DNA of 64,000 nucleotides from an uncultured Candidatus Saccharibacteria bacterium (GCA_964577515.1 CAZNZN010000001.1:876-64875), one strand, 5' to 3'. Positions 46,520 to 56,260 are shown, numbered from the stretch's first letter. Translations and numbers: made by a program. Notes: a model not told the origin generated them from the sequence alone.

Positions 46520-47329
46520 TTAGGAAAAAACATTGTTAATAGCAGAGAGTGTTTCACGATGCCCCGCCATATAAGAAGTTGCAGCACCTATGGGAAGAGC
46601 AGTGTGACTAACAAGGGACAGTTCACCAAGAAAATCTTGCATCCGGTGATACCCCCAGTGGATAGCCGCAACCTCCTTTGATGGAAAATCACTTTTCCAT
46701 GAGACAGTGCGCATGTGCCCCCAAATACCAAGAGTGCTCAGAACTTTTGCTGGAACCTTTCTTTTTGAAAGCCCTTGTGGTTTTGCTGAGAGCACCTCTA
46801 AAATCTTAGCAGTTTCATAAAGTTTGGAGAAAAGAATGCTCTGCTTGTTTTCAGGAAGGTCTTCCCACTGAGAAACAACTTCCAACCGCAAATCCGGGAG
46901 TGGTTGCGGTGCGAGCACCACATAAGAACCCAGCTTGTTTGCACTTGCATACTCTCCTTTTTGAGGAAAACGCACAACAGGAAGTATGGCTTCTGTTCCA
47001 TACAGATAAGGAGAGAGCTCAGTGAAATACTCAAGCGCTGTATAGTAGGGCGGCCAAGTATCAGCGCTAATCAGAACACAATCAATACCAAGGAATCGAA
47101 GTATTCCGATATGCTCCCAGACATTAAGGACGTGCCCTTTATAAAAAAGTTGTACTCTTCCTTTTTTATATCGTGCGATACGCCAATCTATTGGAATGAT
47201 TTCATCACCAACCTTCCACCACCATCCAAGTTTACTGTATGGAGCAAAAGTGATAGCACTTCTTTTGTTTAAGAAGTTTTTTCCTGTTATTGTTACAGAA
47301 CGAGACAATAGTTTTTGTTTAATATCCAT
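46520..47329 (-). CDS. Divergent LpxC-like zinc deacetylase
   Basis: KQKLLSRSVTITG, WEHIGILRFLGIDCVLI, HRMQDFLGEL and YMAGH match LpxC motifs; start ATG 47329. Confidence 0.7.
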   Translation of the reverse strand: MDIKQKLLSRSVTITGKNFLNKRSAITFAPYSKLGWWWKVGDEIIPIDWRIARYKKGRVQLFYKGHVLNVWEHIGILRFLGIDCVLISADTWPPYYTALEYFTELSPYLYGTEAILPVVRFPQKGEYASANKLGSYVVLAPQPLPDLRLEVVSQWEDLPENKQSILFSKLYETAKILEVLSAKPQGLSKRKVPAKVLSTLGIWGHMRTVSWKSDFPSKEVAAIHWGYHRMQDFLGELSLVSHTALPIGAATSYMAGHRETLSAINNVFS

Positions 47330-47396
47330 TTTGTCTTTTTTTCTAGAGACTACTAGAAAACAAGAAAAAGTCAAAAGAAAAAGCCCCTAAAGGCTT

Positions 47397-47459
47397 TTAT
47401 TTTTGTAGCAAACCCAGAAACGTCATCTGGATTTCAATGAGTTCTATATATGAATACAT
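47397..47459 (-). CDS. Putative 20-aa micropeptide MYSYIELIEIQMTFLGLLQK
   Basis: Promoter TTGACT-16-TAGAAT (47481-47508), A-rich leader, terminator right after the stop. Confidence 0.4.
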   Translation of the reverse strand: MYSYIELIEIQMTFLGLLQK

Positions 47460-47612
47460 GGCAAGGTTTTTGTTTATTTAATTCTACAATAGAAATACAT
47501 ATAGTCAATGTATTCCCCTTTTACTACCAAAACGGTATAGTACCTCTATACTGCAATGCTGCTACGACCGTCTGCCGATAGTATTATTCATTTTGATTTT
47601 TTGAACACACAT

Positions 47613-48203
47613 ATGTTGATTCCAACCGTTATTGAAAAGACAGGGATGGGAGAGCGTGCATACGATATCTACTCTCGCCTCCTTAAAGAAAGAATTGTTT
47701 TTATAAACGATGAAATAAACGATCACACCGCAAACCTTGTTATCGCCCAATTACTCTTTCTCGCAAACGAAGATCCTAAAAAAGATATTCATCTGTATAT
47801 CAACTCACCAGGAGGATCAATCACCGCAGGACTTGCTATTTATGACACCATGCAATTTATCAAACCCGATGTGAGCACATACTGTCTGGGACTCGCAGCA
47901 TCAATGGGGGCGCTGTTACTTCTTGCTGGAAAAAAAGGGAAACGCTACGCACTTCCTCACGCTCGCGTCATGATTCATCAACCATGGGGCGGTGTCCAAG
48001 GGCAGTCAGTAGATATTCAGATCCAAGCAAAGGAATACGAGAAAATGCGAAAAACAACTGACGGCCTTATTGCAAAACATACTGGGCAAAAACTCGACAA
48101 AGTAGAAAAAGATACCGATCGAGATTTTTGGATGTCAGCTGAAGAAGCAAAGAAATATGGCATCGTCGATGCGGTGATTACAAAAACTCCTAACGAAAAA
48201 TAA
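47613..48203 (+). CDS. clpP: ATP-dependent Clp protease proteolytic subunit
   Basis: [36 protein letters not shown]. Confidence 0.98.
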   Translation: MLIPTVIEKTGMGERAYDIYSRLLKERIVFINDEINDHTANLVIAQLLFLANEDPKKDIHLYINSPGGSITAGLAIYDTMQFIKPDVSTYCLGLAASMGALLLLAGKKGKRYALPHARVMIHQPWGGVQGQSVDIQIQAKEYEKMRKTTDGLIAKHTGQKLDKVEKDTDRDFWMSAEEAKKYGIVDAVITKTPNEK

Positions 48204-48208
48204 TCTCC

Positions 48209-49729
48209 ATGGACAACTTCATCCTCGCAATCGCCATGCTCCTTGCAGGTGGAGCGCTTGGGTACAGTATTAGAGCAGTTATTTTTGTTCTCAGAAAAAA
48301 CTCTGTCGAGTTCTCTGTTTCACAGCGACTAATGCACGCTCGTGAGCAAGCACAAAAAATCGTTGACGAAGCTCAAGAAAAAGTCACCGCGTTGTGGGAC
48401 GAAATAAGAGATACTGAAAAACAAAAAGAGGGTGACTATAAGCAAACCGAGGATCGTCTTATAAAGAAAGAATCTCTTCTTGATATTCGAGCACAAGAGC
48501 TGGATGAGCGCTCTCGACAACTAGAACAACGCTCCCTCCAAGTAGAAACACTTACCCGACAGGCTGAAACACTCCTTGAAACACGAGAAAGTGAACTCGA
48601 ACGCCTTGCGGGATTCTCACAAGAAGACGCACGGAACGCACTTGTTATTGATACACAAAAAAAATATGAGGAAGATCTTCTTGTGCAGAGCATGAAACTC
48701 GATACCGTATTACGAGAAACCCTTGAAGAGAGGGCAAAAAACATTCTTCTTACGACAATTCAACGACTTGCCGTGCCAACAACCAACGAACTCACCACTG
48801 CAACTGTCACACTCCCTAGTGATGACCTCAAAGGGAAAATCATCGGAAAAGAAGGAAGGAACATACGAGTATTCGAACGTATCGCAGGGGTAGAGCTGTT
48901 AGTAGATGAAGCCCCAGGATGTATTATTGTTTCTTGTTTTGATCCAGTACGACGAGCTATTGCAGCAGATGCTCTGGAGGTACTCGTAAAAGACGGCAGG
49001 ATCCAACCCGCAAAAATCGAGGAGGAGCTTGAAAAAGCAAAAGAGCGAATTCACCAAACCATCAAAGATAAAGGTGCCCAAGCTGTCTATGAGTGCGGGA
49101 TTTACACGCTTGATCCGCGAGTTGTAGCAATACTCGGGAGACTGCACTACCGCACAAGCTATGGACAGAACGTATTGCAACACTCTATTGAAATGGCGCA
49201 CATTGCAGGAATGCTCGCAGCCGAGCTTGGTGCGGATGTTGCTATAGCAAAAGCTGGAGCACTTGTGCACGACATAGGAAAAGCACTTGACCACGAGTTT
49301 GAAGGAACACATGTAGAGATTGGAATAAAAATGCTTCGACGTTTTGGCACCGATGAAAAAATTATTAGCGCAATGAAGAGTCACCACGACGACTGTCCTC
49401 ACGAATCAGTAGAAGCAGTACTCGTACAGACCGCAGATATGATATCTGGAAGTCGACCTGGTGCACGCCGAGACACTGCCGAGATGTACCTCAAACGACT
49501 CACCGACCTCGAAGGCCTTGCCACACGGTTTGGTGGAGTAGAAAAAGCATACGCACTACAAGCAGGAAGAGAGATTCGCATTTTTGTTCATCCAGAAGCT
49601 ATCTCCGATATGGAGGCGCGAACACTTGCTCGATCAATAGCACAAAATATTGAAGAAGAGCTACGCTATCCAGGACAAATAAAGGTGACCATTATTCGGG
49701 AAACTCGTATCACTGACTATGCACGATAA
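48209..49729 (+). CDS. rny: Ribonuclease Y
   Basis: N-terminal TM, coiled coil, KGKIIGKEGRNIR KH domain, RTSYGQN, HDIGKA HD domain. Confidence 0.96.
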   Translation: MDNFILAIAMLLAGGALGYSIRAVIFVLRKNSVEFSVSQRLMHAREQAQKIVDEAQEKVTALWDEIRDTEKQKEGDYKQTEDRLIKKESLLDIRAQELDERSRQLEQRSLQVETLTRQAETLLETRESELERLAGFSQEDARNALVIDTQKKYEEDLLVQSMKLDTVLRETLEERAKNILLTTIQRLAVPTTNELTTATVTLPSDDLKGKIIGKEGRNIRVFERIAGVELLVDEAPGCIIVSCFDPVRRAIAADALEVLVKDGRIQPAKIEEELEKAKERIHQTIKDKGAQAVYECGIYTLDPRVVAILGRLHYRTSYGQNVLQHSIEMAHIAGMLAAELGADVAIAKAGALVHDIGKALDHEFEGTHVEIGIKMLRRFGTDEKIISAMKSHHDDCPHESVEAVLVQTADMISGSRPGARRDTAEMYLKRLTDLEGLATRFGGVEKAYALQAGREIRIFVHPEAISDMEARTLARSIAQNIEEELRYPGQIKVTIIRETRITDYAR

Positions 49730-49781
49730 AAAAAATACTCGGACCATGTCCGAGTATTTTTTTTACTGTATACTTGTAAAT

Positions 49782-52472
49782 ATGTTTACTCCTCGCGAAA
49801 CTTTTTCTACAACACAACAAGAGCTATCACACCTTGGCCAAGAATCGCAGCGCGCATATATATTACAGAAAGAACATGTTCGATCGCTCGAATCAGCAAC
49901 GACACATACCGTTGAAACATACGCTCGAGCACAAGCAGCTGATTTTCTCCATGAGAGCGCAATACTTCCCGCCCATGAGGCAGAGCGCATTATTCTTCGA
50001 CTTAAACCAGAGTCTCATGACAAAAAAATAGAAGAGCTTTTTGGTGTCATGGTAGAAAAAGGAGTTAAAAACGCTCTTGATATTGTACAAAAAATGAAAG
50101 ACCCTCATTTACGAGATGATTTTCATCGATTCCTTGTGCAGTACCTCCATAGTATCGGAGCAATCCCAGGACTTAAAGAAAAAGATGGTCTCTATAGTGA
50201 GCTTTCTCACACGCTCTTTTCTATCGCTCTCCCCCAAGAAGAAAATGAGGACTTCAAAAAGAAAACAGCTGCAATGGAACAGTTTTGTACAAGTCTTGTT
50301 TCACTTGTTGGTATTGGTAACAGCGTTGCAATAGAACTCGCAGTTGAACACAGTAGGAAAGATATTGTTGTCTATATTGCCGTACCCAAAAATACTATTG
50401 ACGGCTTTGAGAAGCTTGTACATTCTTTTTTTCCTGGAGCAGCAGTGGAGGAAGCAGTAGATGATTACAACATTTTTGGAACTGAGACGCCAGCAATTTC
50501 TGGAAGTACAGCAACACTACGAGATGCAGCATGGAAACCATTGCAAACATACGAGGATTTCCAAAACGATCCTTTTGGTGCAATCCTAGGAGCCCTTTCT
50601 CGTATAGCAGAAACAGGAGAAGGCTGCGCTATACAGTGTGTTATTGCAGAACCGTTTGAGCGTATTACCGAACGAAACAACGCTATTATCAGCGATACAC
50701 AAAAAGGAGGAGTCACTGTCAAAGATCTTTATAAGAATGCAACTGAAGGAGTAGTTACTGGTCTTGCAAAGGAAGCATGGTCACTATTTTCTTCAAAAAA
50801 ACACGAAGAAAACACCACTGTTGATACTGAAGGGTTGGAACTTCTCAAAAAGAAAAATAGTGCCCGTATCGTAGAAGCAACACTGCGCATTATTGCGAGT
50901 GCTCAAAACAGTACACGCGCTGAACAACTACGTACATCCGTAGAGGCGACCTTTGGTCAATTTACACACCCACAAGGAAATATGCTCACCTGGGTTCCAG
51001 CAAAAGGTGATGCCCTACTATCACTCGCAGAAGATTTCTCATTCCGTCGCAGCGGGAGAAATCCGCTTGAACTCTCTCTCAAAGAAACCGCTTCTCTTTT
51101 TCACTTCCCTACAGGAACCAAGAGCCCCCACGAGCTTATAGGAAACGACGGTGTAAGCGCGCCTGCACCACAAAACGCAACTCAAAGAGGAGAAGGAGTG
51201 TACCTTGGAACCAATACCTTCAGAGGACAAACGAGTGATATATTCCTCGCAAAAGAAGACCGTGTTCGTCACTGTTATGTGATAGGGCAAACAGGGACAG
51301 GAAAAACGACCATACTAAAAAACATGGTGATCCAAGACATCAAAAACGGTAACGGCGTCTGCTTCATTGATCCACATGGAAGCGATCTAGAAGATATTTT
51401 GGCAAATATTCCTGCTGAACGTATCGACGATGTTATCTACTTTGACCCAGCGCATACCGCTCGACCTATGGGGCTCAACATGCTTGAGTATGATATACAG
51501 TTTCCTGAACAAAAAATCTTTGTTATCAACGAACTTCTTGCTATTTTCAACAAACTCTTTGATATGAAAGTTGCCGGAGGGCCTGCCTTTGAACAATACT
51601 TCAGAAACTCTGCAGGGTTGGTCATGGAGGATCCCGAAAGTGGATCTACACTACTTGAAATTGGACGAGTACTTTCTGACAAAGCATTCCGACAGATGAA
51701 ACTCGAACGATGCAAAAACCCTATCATCAAACAGTTTTGGGAAAATGCAGAAAAAACTACAGGTGAAGCCTCTCTTGCAAACTTTGTTCCCTACATCACC
51801 AACAAGTTTGATGTATTCATCTCTAACGACATCATGCGTCCAGTGATTGCGCAACAAAAAAGTGTTCTTAATTTCCGCGAAATAATGGACAAGAAAAAAA
51901 TACTTTTGGTAAACCTTTCAAAAGGACGCCTCGGAGATATAAACTCTCACCTTATCGGTCTTGTTCTTGTAGGAAAGCTCACCATGGCAGCACTCTCTCG
52001 TGTGGATATGGTTGGCAAAGGACCGATCAACGATTTCTACCTCTATATTGATGAGTTCCAAAATGTTACTACTGACTCTATTGCAACCATTCTCTCAGAA
52101 GCTCGAAAATATCGACTTTCACTTACCGTTGCACACCAATACATTGAACAGCTTGAAGAAAATATAAAAAACGCAGTATTTGGTAACGTCGGAAGTATGA
52201 TCATTTACCGTGTTAGCCCTGAAAATGCTGCAGTATTCGAACGCCAACTTGCGCCAACCTTTACTCCTGATGATATTCTCAAGTTACAAAACTTCAACGC
52301 TATCGCGAAAATGTTGGTACAAGGAATCCCAGAAAAACCTTTCACGCTTCGCATTCCTCCACCACCAAAAGGAAACGCTACGATTGCTGAAAAGGTAAAA
52401 GAGTTGTCGTATCTCAAATATGGACGCCCTCGTGAGGAGGTTGAGAACGAAATAATGGCACGGTATCGCTAA
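49782..52472 (+). CDS. Type IV coupling-protein/HerA-like ATPase (TraD/VirD4-related)
   Basis: RHCYVIGQTGTGKT, IDPHG, YIDEFQN, SEARKYRL..AHQ, FGNVGS; start ATG 49782. Confidence 0.85.
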   Translation: MFTPRETFSTTQQELSHLGQESQRAYILQKEHVRSLESATTHTVETYARAQAADFLHESAILPAHEAERIILRLKPESHDKKIEELFGVMVEKGVKNALDIVQKMKDPHLRDDFHRFLVQYLHSIGAIPGLKEKDGLYSELSHTLFSIALPQEENEDFKKKTAAMEQFCTSLVSLVGIGNSVAIELAVEHSRKDIVVYIAVPKNTIDGFEKLVHSFFPGAAVEEAVDDYNIFGTETPAISGSTATLRDAAWKPLQTYEDFQNDPFGAILGALSRIAETGEGCAIQCVIAEPFERITERNNAIISDTQKGGVTVKDLYKNATEGVVTGLAKEAWSLFSSKKHEENTTVDTEGLELLKKKNSARIVEATLRIIASAQNSTRAEQLRTSVEATFGQFTHPQGNMLTWVPAKGDALLSLAEDFSFRRSGRNPLELSLKETASLFHFPTGTKSPHELIGNDGVSAPAPQNATQRGEGVYLGTNTFRGQTSDIFLAKEDRVRHCYVIGQTGTGKTTILKNMVIQDIKNGNGVCFIDPHGSDLEDILANIPAERIDDVIYFDPAHTARPMGLNMLEYDIQFPEQKIFVINELLAIFNKLFDMKVAGGPAFEQYFRNSAGLVMEDPESGSTLLEIGRVLSDKAFRQMKLERCKNPIIKQFWENAEKTTGEASLANFVPYITNKFDVFISNDIMRPVIAQQKSVLNFREIMDKKKILLVNLSKGRLGDINSHLIGLVLVGKLTMAALSRVDMVGKGPINDFYLYIDEFQNVTTDSIATILSEARKYRLSLTVAHQYIEQLEENIKNAVFGNVGSMIIYRVSPENAAVFERQLAPTFTPDDILKLQNFNAIAKMLVQGIPEKPFTLRIPPPPKGNATIAEKVKELSYLKYGRPREEVENEIMARYR

Positions 52473-52522
52473 GCACCGCCACCCCTCTTTACTAGAGGGG
52501 TTTTGTGTTATTATAGGTGCAT

Positions 52523-53428
52523 ATGAGTGAAAAAATCCCCCCAGAAATAGAGATCCAAGGCCAAGAAGAACACGCACCAGCACACACTGAAGAGGGTGCA
52601 CTAGAAGTACCTGTTATTAAAACAGAAGCAGTAGAAGAAACAAATGCCAAAGTACAAGAAGTAAGCGCTGCTATTCATGAAGAGCTAGCAACAGCTACAA
52701 AAGAAGTAGAAAAGACCCCTGAGGTACCAGGTACTAGTTTTACCGTTATGAGTGATAAACAAACCGCAAGCGAGGGCTTCCTTAAGAGAGCAGCCGCAAA
52801 AGGAAGAAAAATGCTCATGCTCCTTGGTATGACAGGTGTTATGGCATCTTCTGCGCACGCAGGGAGCAACTCAACACTAGAACATGATGGTGGTAGTACG
52901 CCAGAAAAAACGGCGGCAGCACCAAGCGAAGGAGAGAAGCCATACGAACAAGTCTTTTCTCAAGAAAAAGTAGGGCACATCACCCTTGAAGGGCGTATGC
53001 TTATACCTCAGTCAGATACTACAAGAGAATTCTATTCAGTATACTTCTCTCATGATGGAAAATCAGAAAATACCTTAGGAGAATTTTTGACCCTCATGAA
53101 AAAAAAGGGATATATTCCAGCTAATGGTAAAATGCTTGAAAAAATCTATAACCAAAACAAGGATGACCCACTGTTTAACAAAAAAGCGAAATGGTTGCTT
53201 GCCCCAATACCAGCAGGAGACATTGACGATACTCGACCTAATGAAGAAAAAGTCATTAATCATGAAGACGGGTCAATTGAATATATTTTTCCAACAAACG
53301 CAGTTTACCCTACTAAAAACCCTGTGGGGCTTGGGCGCTACGAGATCAGCCAAGGAATTCCAAACGATAGCTACGGATTCCTTTTCTACAAAGTAAAAAC
53401 CACTGCACACTACCAAGAAGGACTCTAA
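52523..53428 (+). CDS. Hypothetical protein (acidic N-terminus, internal signal-like segment)
   Basis: Glu-rich first ~70 aa, then KRAAAKGRKMLMLLGMTGVMASSAHA. Confidence 0.7.
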   Translation: MSEKIPPEIEIQGQEEHAPAHTEEGALEVPVIKTEAVEETNAKVQEVSAAIHEELATATKEVEKTPEVPGTSFTVMSDKQTASEGFLKRAAAKGRKMLMLLGMTGVMASSAHAGSNSTLEHDGGSTPEKTAAAPSEGEKPYEQVFSQEKVGHITLEGRMLIPQSDTTREFYSVYFSHDGKSENTLGEFLTLMKKKGYIPANGKMLEKIYNQNKDDPLFNKKAKWLLAPIPAGDIDDTRPNEEKVINHEDGSIEYIFPTNAVYPTKNPVGLGRYEISQGIPNDSYGFLFYKVKTTAHYQEGL

Positions 53429-53431
53429 CAG

Positions 53432-53653
53432 TTAGCAGAAAAACGAAACCCTCCGACTGGAGGGTTTCTTGCGCAAAAAGCGCGGAAGAAATGATTGTCG
53501 CACCTCGCGACACATTTTTTTGTACTCTTCATCCCCCAACGCTTTTCGCATTAGGCGATTTTCGTGTCTTACAGTTATAACAATCAACATGATCGCCATA
53601 ACCAAAACAAAACAGATTATCCAAAGTACGAAAAATAAAACAATGTTGTTCAT
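53432..53653 (-). CDS. Small hypothetical membrane protein
   Basis: Long hydrophobic N-terminus, basic tail; ATG 53653. Confidence 0.5.
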   Translation of the reverse strand: MNNIVLFFVLWIICFVLVMAIMLIVITVRHENRLMRKALGDEEYKKMCREVRQSFLPRFLRKKPSSRRVSFFC

Positions 53654-53831
53654 AAAAACGGATTTTTGATTTAAGTATATTATAACACATAATATGTTTT
53701 TTTGCAAATATTGGATACCTTGCACCGAAAAAGCCTTGGTATATAATGATAAAAGCGAAACGCCCTCGTTTTCGCATACACACTGACGAGATTATTAGCA
53801 CCTAGTCCTTTGGGATTTCCCAAATACAGCT

Positions 53832-54104
53832 ATGAATAAACAAGCACTTGTTGAACTCGTGCACAACAAACTCGGCGGTACGAAAGTGCAAGCCGAAGAA
53901 GTTGTAGAGAGTCTGATCGAAGCGATCACCAAGACCCTCAAGAAAGGCGAAGAAGTTTCTATCGCTGGTCTTGGTATCTTTTCAGTAAAGACCCGCGCTG
54001 CTCGAATGGCTCGCAATCCAAAAACTGGAGAGCAAGTAAAAGTTGCAGCAGCCCGCGTTCCTCGCTTCCGCGCAGCGAAAGCACTCAAGGACGCTGTCAA
54101 ATAG
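53832..54104 (+). CDS. hup: Histone-like DNA-binding protein HU
   Basis: MNKQAL, GLGIF..RAARMARNPKTGE, PRFRAAKALKDAV; promoter TTGCAC-16-TATAAT. Confidence 0.96.
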   Translation: MNKQALVELVHNKLGGTKVQAEEVVESLIEAITKTLKKGEEVSIAGLGIFSVKTRAARMARNPKTGEQVKVAAARVPRFRAAKALKDAVK

Positions 54105-54212
54105 TCATTTTCCGGTACCGGAGCATGATCTCGCAAAACAACCCCACGAAGGGGTTGTTTTGTTTGACAAATGAGTGTCATGGGGTAGTATAAGGAAAAA
54201 TATATTTCCAAT

Positions 54213-54566
54213 ATGAAAAAAGTTCTGTTGTTGTCTCCGCAGGGCACTGATGTTTCTGAAACAAGAAACGTTTTGCTGCAATCAGGTCTTCGACCTGAAA
54301 ACATTTTAGCAAAAAGTATCACTGAGATCCCTCCATCAGATTTTCCACGAATAGTGGCAAAGAATGATATTTCCAGGGTACTGATCTTTGGTATTGACCC
54401 AGGGACGATCAAGACCTTGATGCAAAAAGTACAAAAAACACTCCAGAATCAAATCTGCCCACAATTTTTTAAAAAAGCAGAAGGAGAAAAAGACCAAAAC
54501 CTCACCTTTAAAGGTGTCACCGGTTCTTGTAAAGTAATCAATTGTCCTACTGAAATATTTCGGTAG
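54213..54566 (+). CDS. Hypothetical small alpha/beta protein
   Basis: Own promoter TTGACA-16-TAGTAT fused to the hup terminator. Confidence 0.6.
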   Translation: MKKVLLLSPQGTDVSETRNVLLQSGLRPENILAKSITEIPPSDFPRIVAKNDISRVLIFGIDPGTIKTLMQKVQKTLQNQICPQFFKKAEGEKDQNLTFKGVTGSCKVINCPTEIFR

Positions 54567-54605
54567 TAAAAAGAGCCTTACCGCTGTAGCAGTAAGGCTT
54601 TATTT

Positions 54606-55682
54606 TTATACAGGCCTCCTTCCAAGAAGTTTGAGGAAGCGTACATGAGAAGCAAGAGCATCACGCATCGTGTTATGCACGACCATTTGCACACCATGCT
54701 TTTGACATATTGGCTTGATAAGCCGATGAATCACGGGATAGTGTACATGAGAAAATCCCGGAAAAAGATGATGCTCAATTTGGAAATTGAGTCCTCCTAC
54801 CCACCAACTAAGCACACTGTTCTCCACAGCAAAGTCTGCAGTTGTCACAACTTGGTGACGGAACCATTCTGTCTTGTGCACCGTTGCTGCGCTAGGGTGT
54901 TGTGTTTCATCCACACTATGCGCAAGTTGAAACACTGTTGCAATCTTGAGTCCACAGGATAGCGACATAACACTATACCCTATCACCCACTGCCACACAC
55001 CAAGTGTATACATAGGCACAACAACAAAAAACAGTATGTGTACAACTTTGCTCATCCAGAAGAGCACGTGTTCTCCTGGCGAAAAAGCAATAGGGCTCTT
55101 GTACAGAATCCTTCGTGTAAAATACTTCTTGTAATCATTCCACCATACCCACTGTAGATACAGGAGACTGTAGAAAAATCGCCAGTACCACCATTTATGC
55201 TGGTGGCGATGTCTAGGTCGCCAGGGCTGTTCTTCATGTAAACGCAACCTCTCTGCTGTTTCAATGTCTTCATCAAACCCATCAATGTTGGTATGGGTGT
55301 GGTGAATAATGTTGTGTTTCGTTTTCCAGAGCGTGTCATTTGCCCCGAGAAAGTTCAAGGATAATCCCGCCACTGTATTGATCCATGCCTTTTTACTGTA
55401 GCTTCCGTGTAACGCATCGTGCATCACACAAAAACCTATTCCAGGGAGAATATATCTTCCCAAAAGAACTACCGCAAAAAGCTTTAACCACCATGGTGGA
55501 GCCATCCCTACAATAAAAAAGTACAGTGCGAAGAACAAGGAAAACAGGACAATCGTCTTTTGATACAAACGCCAATCCCCTTTTTCGCTTATCCCATGAG
55601 AATCGAAATACTCGTAAACAACATTTTTGACTTCTGTTGTGAAGTCGCCTGCATTTGTAAACTTTGGAACTAGTTGTTTCAT
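54606..55682 (-). CDS. Membrane fatty-acid (acyl-CoA/acyl-lipid) desaturase
   Basis: His boxes HDALH, HNIIHH, QIEHH; TM helices; start ATG 55682. Confidence 0.92.
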   Translation of the reverse strand: MKQLVPKFTNAGDFTTEVKNVVYEYFDSHGISEKGDWRLYQKTIVLFSLFFALYFFIVGMAPPWWLKLFAVVLLGRYILPGIGFCVMHDALHGSYSKKAWINTVAGLSLNFLGANDTLWKTKHNIIHHTHTNIDGFDEDIETAERLRLHEEQPWRPRHRHQHKWWYWRFFYSLLYLQWVWWNDYKKYFTRRILYKSPIAFSPGEHVLFWMSKVVHILFFVVVPMYTLGVWQWVIGYSVMSLSCGLKIATVFQLAHSVDETQHPSAATVHKTEWFRHQVVTTADFAVENSVLSWWVGGLNFQIEHHLFPGFSHVHYPVIHRLIKPICQKHGVQMVVHNTMRDALASHVRFLKLLGRRPV

Positions 55683-55793
55683 AGTTGAAGTTTTTTGTGA
55701 AAGAAAAAGATGTTTCCTTATAGTGTAGCAATAGTACAGAAGCTGTAAATTGACAAAAAAGTATCTTGCCGTAGTATCAAGAAAAAAGGAAAA

Positions 55794-56129
55794 ATGCAAA
55801 AAATAACAATTTTACTCTTCAGCTTCAACGCTGAAGAAATCGTTATGCAGCTCAAAGAGCTGCTCCCTGTAACCACTGTAGTGTCGTGTGCTCCAAAAGA
55901 AAACGCATACGACCCAGTGAGGAAAGAAAGGCCGAGATGGGTATTTATAGACGCTTGCCTCCCCGAAACGCTTATCGAAGAGGTTCACAACGCTTCTGAA
56001 GAGGCAAAGTGGGATTTCGATATTCAACTTGATCATATCCTGGTAGGGCACACTGATCTTCGACCACCCGGGGTGCATATCTTCCGAGGTCTAAAAGAGG
56101 CTGCAGAACTTATTAAGAAAAATTTTTAA
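55794..56129 (+). CDS. Hypothetical protein, possibly a degenerate receiver domain
   Basis: ILLF...VRKERPRWVFID pattern; promoter TTGACA-16-TAGTAT. Confidence 0.55.
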   Translation: MQKITILLFSFNAEEIVMQLKELLPVTTVVSCAPKENAYDPVRKERPRWVFIDACLPETLIEEVHNASEEAKWDFDIQLDHILVGHTDLRPPGVHIFRGLKEAAELIKKNF

Positions 56130-56189
56130 CCACGAGCGCCGGAAACGGTGCTTTTTTTTATAACCGTTTGTTTACCTACTCTTACGTTG

Positions 56190-56260
56190 TGCGAGTACGG
56201 GGAATCGAACCCCGGTCTCAACCTTGGGAAGGTCGCATTCTACCACTAAACCATACTCGC
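56190..56260 (-). tRNA. tRNA-Gly(CCC)
   Basis: Cloverleaf, anticodon loop TTCCCAA, GTTCGA T-loop; no encoded CCA. Confidence 0.95.

Noticed and set aside
53755-53802. GAAA...CTGACGAG hammerhead-like core in the hup leader
   Set aside because: Stem I cannot form; the sequence folds better as a simple hairpin
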